A DNA stretch of 58,943 bases, filler included, from Stramenopiles sp. TOSAG23-3 (Eukaryota), in the NCBI GenBank assembly GCA_900128585.1. It is 5 parts of 5 records of this genome, joined end to end, with 100 filler letters (N's around TTAATTAATTAA, not from the genome) between each part and the next. Parts side by side here need not be neighbours in the genome. Positions count along the whole stretch, not along the records: positions 54,715 to 56,779 come from LT645115.1; positions 56,880 to 58,943 come from LT645116.1; 3 more parts are not named here. One strand, given 5' to 3'. The stretch's first letter is position 1. Each line of letters starts with the position of its first letter. Below the pieces are notes generated by a model. It was not told where the DNA came from and ran no database searches. It saw only the letters and a list, made by a program, of their open reading frames with translations. A program made the translations under genes and the position numbers. Shown here piece by piece: positions 54,615 to 58,943 of this stretch.

Positions 54615-54714
54615 NNNNNNNNNNNNNNNNNNNNNNNNNNNNNNNNNNNNNNNNNNNNTTAATTAATTAANNNNNNNNNNNNNNNNNNNNNNNNNNNNNN
54701 NNNNNNNNNNNNNN
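54615..54714. other. Artificial contig joint
   Basis: 44 N + TTAATTAATTAA + 44 N. Confidence 0.97.
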
Positions 54715-55228
54715 ACTTGCCAATCCTGAAATCTCAACGACAACCATTAAAACCATTAAGGTATAGATAGCAGAAAGCTATGGTATTATACGCGAAGATG
54801 ACGAAGAAGAAATATCGATTGCTAAGTAGAAAAACTTAACTGCAATATTGCTTTACGCTGCAATCCAGACAATCCTTGCTACAGTGAATCGTTGATTCAC
54901 TGACATTGAGAGCAAATGATTGGATGAGAATCGTCGAGATAAAAACGACTTTATTTGACGAATGCATAGCCGATACACTCAATAACAGGAAGTTATTGAT
55001 TAAGGCAAGTTTTTTCTTCAACCGAGAGAAAGAATTAGATAAAAACATTTGTTTGTTTAGAAGTTTTGCGAGTACGAATACTCGAACGGATACCCAAAGT
55101 GTTGGCAAACGAGAACGAAAAGTTTGGTACTTTGGAGATTTGGACCGCTAAAATACATACCTTAATTACAACTATATTCTTATTCAAAATACTATATTGC
55201 TATTGACCCAAAGTTAATCACAAAAAAC

Positions 55229-56779
55229 ATGTCGACCAGCGCCACCAACCACCCGAAACTTGACCTCACAAAGAGGGCACCGATGAAAGCCTTTAGGAGG
55301 ATGCTTGAAGAAATACTTCAACCGACGATCACATCGAAAGACAAGTTGTCAAGCTTTGCGGTTTCAATCCTTCACAAGGAAAAACGACTTGTGGGCGGAT
55401 CCGACATACAAGCCTCCCGATACCTCTTCTCCGTCGACTTGACAAATGCTATCGAGCAACTCAAGGAAGCCGTCAAGACGACAATCAATGAGGTCATGAT
55501 CGAAGAGTTTCCAGAGCCAGGTGATGAAGACACACCTCTGGATCTAAAACAGCCGGAGGTTCGAGAACTCTCGCCGGGCAAATTCGTCTATGAAGTCACC
55601 ATGACGGGTGAAGACGATTTGCATGAACAAGCCAGTGAAAGTCTTGAGCAACGGTTCACTGCAGTGGGCGGGAAAGCGCTAAACCTCGCAGTAAATGACA
55701 TTGCAGTCACCTTTACCCCCGAATACGACTCCCTCTTAGTGGGATCGTTGCAGCAGTGGCGCCAAGGCCAGCAAAGGTTGTACAACTACATCCTCAAATG
55801 CCTTGACGAACCCATCAAGGGACAAATGCAGGAGCACCTGGAGCGGCTACGAAGCACCAAGGTTGTCCGCAACGAGGGCGAAGCAGTTCTTGCTGAACTG
55901 GATCGACTGTACCGAGCGGACTCGGCGCAAGAAGAACAGAAGATGTCTCTCTTCCTCGGGTACTGCATGTCGAAGCGAGGCGAAGAATCCATGATGGAAT
56001 TCCTCCTTCGCCTGCAAACAATGGCCACAGAAACGCCGGTCTTGCCTTCGCTCACCAACGAGAAGATCTACTCGTATAAAGCGTTAGCGGCTCTCATGGT
56101 CGCAGAAGAAAACGAAAATGCGACATACCAACTGAGTCGATCCTCAGTTGTGTCGAAGATCACTGCTGCTCATTCCAAAGGAGAGTTTCTTACGGCGCAA
56201 CAGATTATCACCGAGCTACAGAATGCAGAGGCATCTGTTCAAAGCTCTTCGGCAATTGCTGAGGTAGGGCCAAGCAGAAAACGAAAAGCCCTAAGCCTTG
56301 ATGCCAGGGTCCCCGATTATGACCCCCGAATGGCTGATGCCTTTGCTAGGTTTCTTGAGACACAACACGTGCCGGTTACCCCACACTATGACAACGGGAA
56401 TCATGGCACAGCCCTCGCAGCTTGGAAAGCAAAGTACGATAGGGGGAAAAAGTACGTCCCACCAACACGAATATTTGAAGGTGGGAAATGCTTCGATCCC
56501 AACGTAGCGAAATGGTGCTACAAGTGTTTTTCGAACAACAAACACGACCGCAATTTTCGAGGTTACAACCAGCTTGACATCACTAGCGATTGGGCTGGTT
56601 GCCCCAACACGAGGAGATCCACTAGCGGGTACTTACTCAAGTTTATGGGTGGACCCCTGCTAGCAGTGTCAAGAAGACAAAAGAATGTGACGCTCTCATC
56701 GTGCGAGGCGGAGTACTGCACGTTCACCGACTGTGCCAAGGATATTTTATGGGCGAAGGGACTAGCGAAATTTTTCAAA
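55229..56779 (+). mobile_element. Ty1/copia retrotransposon-derived ORF: Gag-like region fused to RNase H; 3' partial
   Basis: Gag-like LYNYILKCLDE..VLAELDRLY..EESMMEFLLRLQ, a CYKC..H knuckle-like motif, then copia RNase H SDWAGCPNTRRSTSGY..SRRQKNVTLSSCEAEY. No LTR identified. Confidence 0.8.
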
Positions 56780-56879
56780 NNNNNNNNNNNNNNNNNNNNN
56801 NNNNNNNNNNNNNNNNNNNNNNNTTAATTAATTAANNNNNNNNNNNNNNNNNNNNNNNNNNNNNNNNNNNNNNNNNNNN
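56780..56879. other. Artificial contig joint
   Basis: 44 N + TTAATTAATTAA + 44 N. Confidence 0.97.
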
Positions 56880-56946
56880 TTCTTCTTCTTCTTCTTCTTC
56901 TTCTTCTTCTTCTTCTTCTTCTTCTTCTTCTTCTTCTTCTTCTTCT
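56880..56946. repeat. (TTC)n microsatellite at contig start
   Basis: About 22 perfect units. Confidence 0.95.
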
Positions 56947-57228
56947 CCCTTCTTCCTATTGCTTCTCGTCGGCGGGTCGGCGGGCAAAATAACAATTAAA
57001 CAGAAAATGAATTTAGCAATTTCATGCAGTCGAACAGCAAATAAGGGTTTTGGATGGGTGCTTCGTGGGAAAATGAAGTAACGATTGGTTGCCACAATCT
57101 TGGTATCTCACAATTAGACTGGTATTGTTATTTGTACCATTTATTTGTTATGCTAACGCTTTGCACCACTTTTGTCTTCAGGAATGAACTGCAGGTCCTT
57201 CTCGACACACTGAAGGAATAATTATAGA

Positions 57229-58533
57229 ATGGATCGCTTTCAGCGAAAGCGCGCAGTTGTTGCTATTAAAACTATAGTTTGTGTTGCATTTTTAGTCCTT
57301 GTTGTTGTCTGTGTGATGACTTTTGTCTTGTACTTTCAGGCCGTAAGAGGACTGGAAATGTGTGAACAGCGGCGAGTCCAAACATTATACTCGCTTCGCC
57401 ATACTGGCGAACAGGCGAACAGTCGAGAGCGGACAGTTGGTCTCACTGTGGAGAGTGTTACAAAGTTAAAAGCTCCCACCGTCCACGAATGCGATTGCCC
57501 ACGTGTAACACCAGCAGCGGATGGTGCAATAAACCCCATAGACAAGTTGAAAGATACCTCTGATAGAGTCCGGGTAATTGTTTTGACAATTTTAAAAGAC
57601 GGGCAATCTTTTGGAACAGGCAGGACTGCCGAAGACTATGCTCGCCTCGTGAGCAGTCTGGATTATCCCGATGTGGACCTCAGTGTTGGTGTACTGGCAA
57701 GCGATCATGAAGTTCTTCAGAATCTTAGAAAAACATTTAAAGACTTTGGGCGGCGATTGAAGTCTGTTAGCCTGTTTCACAGAAAGTTAGACTCCGACAA
57801 TATCGGAAGGGATGACGGTCAGCGTCATGCACCATCCATCCAAAAGAAAAGGAGGACAATGCTTGCCAGGTATCGCAATACCCTAATTTCTCTGGCACTG
57901 GGAAAAAACGATAATTTTGTGCTCTGGATTGATGCCGACATGAAAAAAATCCCTGAAAGCATTATACAAACTTTCATAGCTACAAAAAAACAAATAGTTA
58001 CCGTTCATACGAAACGGGGAAAATTAACGTACGATCTTAACGCTTGGTCTGGTCCTCGCACGAAACCATCGTGGAGTGAACTGCGCCAGATTAAGAATGG
58101 TGGAATGTACATTCCTCGCCCTGCGTAAGTACTGCTCCCCGTCGCGATTAAATGTTTAATTTCATAGGACTCTTTCTTGATATCATTTCCCAAAAAGCTG
58201 TGAAAAGTTTCTAACATACACCTTCATTTTTTCTCTCGCACCAGTCCTGGTGCAAAACATATGGACAACTTTCCGTATTATGGATCTTACAAAGGTCAAA
58301 AGAATGACCCAGTGCCTTTAGATTCTGTAGGCGGGACTGTTCTTTGGGTTGATGCAAATTTGCATCGCGAGGGAGTTATATTTCCACCATTCTATTTGAT
58401 TGGATCCGAATGGGATCGTAACGGTTACGATGGGATTGAGACTGAAGGCATATGTTACATTGCAAAAGCAATGCTAGGGAACCAAGTTTGCTTTGGTTTA
58501 CCTTCTGTTGTTGCGTACCACACAATGAATTGA
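57229..58533 (+). CDS. Anp1/Mnn9/Van1-family (GT62) mannosyltransferase-like; exons 57229-58124 and 58245-58533, 394 aa
   Basis: Type II TM, LDYP..LSVG, RRTMLARYRN, VLWIDAD and YDLNAW. Exon 2 has VPLDSVGG..ANLHREGVIFP and IETEG..AKAM..GLP. Confidence 0.9.
58125..58244 (+). other. Spliceosomal intron, 120 nt
   Basis: GTAAGT donor, CTAAC branch site at 58211, pyrimidine tract and CAG acceptor. Splicing restores the frame (..RPA-PGAKHMD..). Confidence 0.9.
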
Positions 58534-58628
58534 GACCAAAATTCAGAACATAATAATATGATAACTACACGAGTAAATTAGATCATATGAGATAAAATAA
58601 AAAAAACCTACTTCGTAATTTCAATTTC

Positions 58629-58706
58629 ATTAAAACAAGAAAATTGGCTGTTATTAAAACAAGAAAATTGGCTGTTATTTAAGTAATTAAATTTAGCTGT
58701 TATTTA
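58629..58706. repeat. Dispersed element, copy E, with exact 24-bp tandem duplication
   Basis: ATTAAAACAAGAAAATTGGCTGTT twice (58629-58652, 58653-58676), plus a degenerate TTAGCTGTTA at 58693. Confidence 0.8.
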
Positions 58707-58943
58707 TTTCAATTTAATAAAATTATTAAAAAAATCAAAATTGTTCGTCGCAGTCTTTTCATTCTTTTTATGAGAGTCCATTAATACAATTAATTTTTAT
58801 AAGATACCGCTAAAATTAGCAGTATTAGGCATTCTAATAATCCCTAGAAAGTTAAACTTTACTTATTATTTCATTGAGCAGTACCACAGACAACGAGCCC
58901 CTTTAAAACATTTATGCCGCTGTGTACTTTTAAGACCAATCAA

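Noticed and set aside
54715..55228. LTR or primer-binding site upstream of the copia ORF
   Set aside because: There is no second copy for comparison and no convincing PBS. The short ORFs here are unassignable.
52705..58533. Functional linkage of DoxX/GrpE, the copia ORF and Anp1
   Set aside because: They lie on three separate contigs joined artificially.
58629..58706. 24-bp direct repeats as a CRISPR-like array
   Set aside because: The copies are directly adjacent with no unique spacers, there are no cas genes, and the context is eukaryotic.

Overview
This is gene-dense, intron-poor eukaryotic (protist) nuclear DNA: GC-richer ORFs separated by very AT-rich, microsatellite-rich spacers. A stramenopile is suggested by the LRR cap style and the C2/multi-TM calpain, but that is inference only. 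The window is not one locus. Four artificial 100-bp joints (44N-TTAATTAATTAA-44N) concatenate five contigs of about 26.2, 26.1, 2.07, 2.07 and 2.06 kb in descending length order. Recognisable genes include INO1, THOC1, mitochondrial GrpE, a UCP-like carrier, a POT/PTR transporter, a DHHC-family acyltransferase, a SAM methyltransferase, START, LicD, DoxX, an Anp1/GT62 gene with a clear intron, two other GT-A-like proteins, WD40, TPR-IQ, WW/SH3/LRR, zinc-finger-CCT and a ~2500-aa membrane calpain-like protein. There is also a copia Gag-RNase H remnant. The most notable observations are: (1) a dispersed inverted-repeat element (core TTGGCTGTTA) seen only at gene 3' ends; (2) WW repeats carrying an SH3 domain or a coiled coil inserted in the same loop; (3) a catalytically dead receptor-like calpain; (4) a ZDHHC3/7-like DHYC enzyme that has lost most zinc ligands; (5) a LicD / TPR-glycosyltransferase / INO1 trio; and (6) an in-frame Gag-RNase H fusion. 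All calls come from reading motifs by eye; no searches were run.
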